A stretch of 64,000 nt of DNA from an uncultured cyanobacterium. GTDB lineage: Bacteria > Cyanobacteriota > Cyanobacteriia > Cyanobacteriales > Cyanobacteriaceae. The stretch covers positions 704,001 through 768,000 of the forward strand of contig CAVVOP010000008.1 in assembly GCA_963749915.1 (NCBI GenBank), read 5' to 3'. Below, in pieces: positions 61,934-64,000 of the stretch. The stretch's first letter is position 1, and every line of letters begins with the position of its first letter. The position numbers and the translations under genes were made by a program. The notes beneath the pieces were generated by a model, which was not told where the DNA came from, did not search any database, and saw only the letters and a list, made by a program, of their open reading frames with translations.

Positions 61934-63299
61934 TCACAGGGGAATTGAAAAGAGGAAAAGAGGCAACTATAGCGATACATAACCACCATAAAGTATTAAC
62001 TTGAGGACGATACCACACGGTATCAAATAAGCCTTGAGTGGCTAAACCGGCGACGGCGGCAAGGGAGGCAATTACCCACATTGCTTGTTGATCATTTTTA
62101 GGCTTAAGTTTTTTAATCACTCGTATCCCCCGTTGAAAAGTGGCTATAATCACCCCTATAAAGGTAAGAATGCCGATTAAACCAGTTTCGAGGGTGATTT
62201 CGATAAAAATGGAATAAGCACTTAAAGCCGTGAAATTTGTTTGCATATACTGGGGATAAACCCTGTTAAAAACCTCATTTCCCGGACCGATTCCTGTTAA
62301 AGGATAGTCTTGAAACATTTTGAATGCGGATGTCCAAACATTAATGCGGAAGTTATTACTGCTGTCACCACGCCCTGAAAATATACTAAAAAGCCTAATT
62401 CTTAAAGGTTCATTAAATATTACACCAACACCGACTAAGGCTAAAAAACCACCAATAGCCAGAGGAATTAACCATTTACGCCAAAGGGAAGTTAAGTGTT
62501 CTTCCCACCAGAATTTAAAAGCCAATAAGAAGACAATTCCTGTGACTACTAATGCTAACCATGAGCCACGACTACCAGTAAAATAGATACAGGCAGTATT
62601 AATGACTAAAGCAAAACCTGCGAAAATTTTTTGCGGTAAAGTTTGCCAGAGAATCAAAGCAGTAAGGGAAAATGCCACCGCTGGAATTAAATAACTACCT
62701 AAAAGGTTCGGATTGCCTAAATAACTATAAACTCTTGTGACATCCGCTAGGGGTGAAGTGGGATCATTCCATGTAGCCAGAGGTTCTACGCCGATAAATT
62801 GTTGTCGGATTCCATAGGCACTAACGATTAAAGATATTAATAAATAAACCGTTGTCGTCCATGAGAGTAGTTTCGGGTGGCGAAAAACTCTAGTGGCTAA
62901 AGCAAAGAAAAGCAGATAAAGAGTGAATTTGATTAATCCTGATAACGCCTCTGATTTTAGGGGAGAAAAGGCGGTTGCTACCGCTGAAATTAACCAATAA
63001 GCAAAAATCCAAAGATGAATGGCGGTGATTTGATTAGTTTTAACTTCAGAAACAGTTAGTAATGCCCAAAATCCTCCACTGGCGAGTAAAATTACGCCGA
63101 TAAGGGTATTATTTGTAAAAGGTGCGGCGATAATTACTAAGCAAATTAAAATAGTAGCAATAACATCTTGATAACCTAAAAGATAACTGCTAGATTGCCA
63201 ATTCGATAATAAACCGATAATTTTGCCGATGATACTGGTTTTGCGCCAATACAAAAAAGGCGATTTTGTTTCCTCTGAAGAATATTCTGCTTGAGTCAT
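61917..63299 (-). CDS. ictB: IctB family (O-antigen ligase-like) membrane protein
   Basis: LATWNDP, RVYSYLGNPNLL, SRGSW, DSSNNFRINVW, GIGPGN and DTVWYRPQV. Confidence 0.9.
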   Translation of the reverse strand: MTQAEYSSEETKSPFLYWRKTSIIGKIIGLLSNWQSSSYLLGYQDVIATILICLVIIAAPFTNNTLIGVILLASGGFWALLTVSEVKTNQITAIHLWIFAYWLISAVATAFSPLKSEALSGLIKFTLYLLFFALATRVFRHPKLLSWTTTVYLLISLIVSAYGIRQQFIGVEPLATWNDPTSPLADVTRVYSYLGNPNLLGSYLIPAVAFSLTALILWQTLPQKIFAGFALVINTACIYFTGSRGSWLALVVTGIVFLLAFKFWWEEHLTSLWRKWLIPLAIGGFLALVGVGVIFNEPLRIRLFSIFSGRGDSSNNFRINVWTSAFKMFQDYPLTGIGPGNEVFNRVYPQYMQTNFTALSAYSIFIEITLETGLIGILTFIGVIIATFQRGIRVIKKLKPKNDQQAMWVIASLAAVAGLATQGLFDTVWYRPQVNTLWWLCIAIVASFPLFNSPVNDDVN

Positions 63300-63374
63300 A
63301 TTGACAGTGAACAGTGAACAATTAACAATTAAGTATAGTACAGTAAATCACTAACACTTGCTAATTACAACTAA

Positions 63375-63493
63375 TTGACATTCGCCCACCGTTGACCCTA
63401 CTGGTGTAACGGGAAATTTTTACTGTGCATGATTTTGAAGCACTCTGGACCGTCTTTTAACAGCCTTACCAGTACCTCACTTTTCACGGCCAC
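63375..63493 (-). mobile_element. candidate IS200/IS605 right-end / TnpB omegaRNA-like remnant without tnpB
   Basis: Minus strand ends AAAATTTCCCGTTACACCAGTAGGGTCAACGGTGGGCGAATGTCAA: subterminal hairpin plus TCAA terminus. Confidence 0.5.
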
Positions 63494-63498
63494 TTTTC

Positions 63499-63560
63499 CC
63501 CCTTGTCTGCCTTGTCTCACCTTATTTTATCGTTAATGTAAAAAACCTACACTTGTGAGG
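63499..63560 (+). repeat. CCTTGTC 9-mers plus 36-bp repeat terminus
   Basis: 63525-63560 is identical to the reverse complement of 48814-48849. Confidence 0.8.
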
Positions 63561-63647
63561 GGGAGTGAACGGTTACATCTTGATTATCTTGATTTACTAG
63601 GATATTGGAAAAAGGCTATTTTTTTGGGTTTTTGTGGCAAACAAAGT

Positions 63648-64000
<353 letters not shown>

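Noticed and set aside
24496..63559. 23-36 bp repeated motif as a CRISPR repeat
   Set aside because: Copies are dispersed and in both orientations, with no regular spacers or cas genes

Overview
AT-rich cyanobacterial chromosome segment. It has frequent HIP1 octamers (GCGATCGC), form IB rbcL-rbcX-rbcS, acsF and pmgA. The gene style resembles unicellular Chroococcales such as Geminocystis/Cyanobacterium, which is an impression rather than a test. The backbone is housekeeping: ctaCDE, aroH, sppA, futA, acsF, pmgA, miaE, a PPTase, thiL, trmFO, rbcLXS, topA, cobN, sigA, amiC, murI, nifJ(PFOR) plus a DHOD-like gene, 6S RNA, aas, coaD and ictB. Many intergenic regions hold IS fragments (IS630-, IS4-, IS5-, IS982- and ISAs1-like), MITEs, modular dispersed repeats and eroded gene remnants (C-type lectin, RTX, pentapeptide, GmrSD, Uma2). 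No CRISPR array, rRNA or tRNA was seen, and I did not find an intact novel multi-gene system. Six observations stand out. (1) A chimeric ORF joins an AmiC-paralogue signal peptide to a GST C-terminal domain. (2) An orphan IS200/IS605-type right-end (omegaRNA-like) structure lies just upstream of ictB. (3) Two 295-bp TIR elements without target duplications each sit at the cut point of another transposase remnant. (4) A potassium channel gene's conserved N-terminus has only an ACG/ATA start. (5) cobN and nifJ carry frame-preserving repeat insertions. (6) A modular repeat family has one member in the 6S RNA promoter region. All product names come from recalled family motifs, not database searches.
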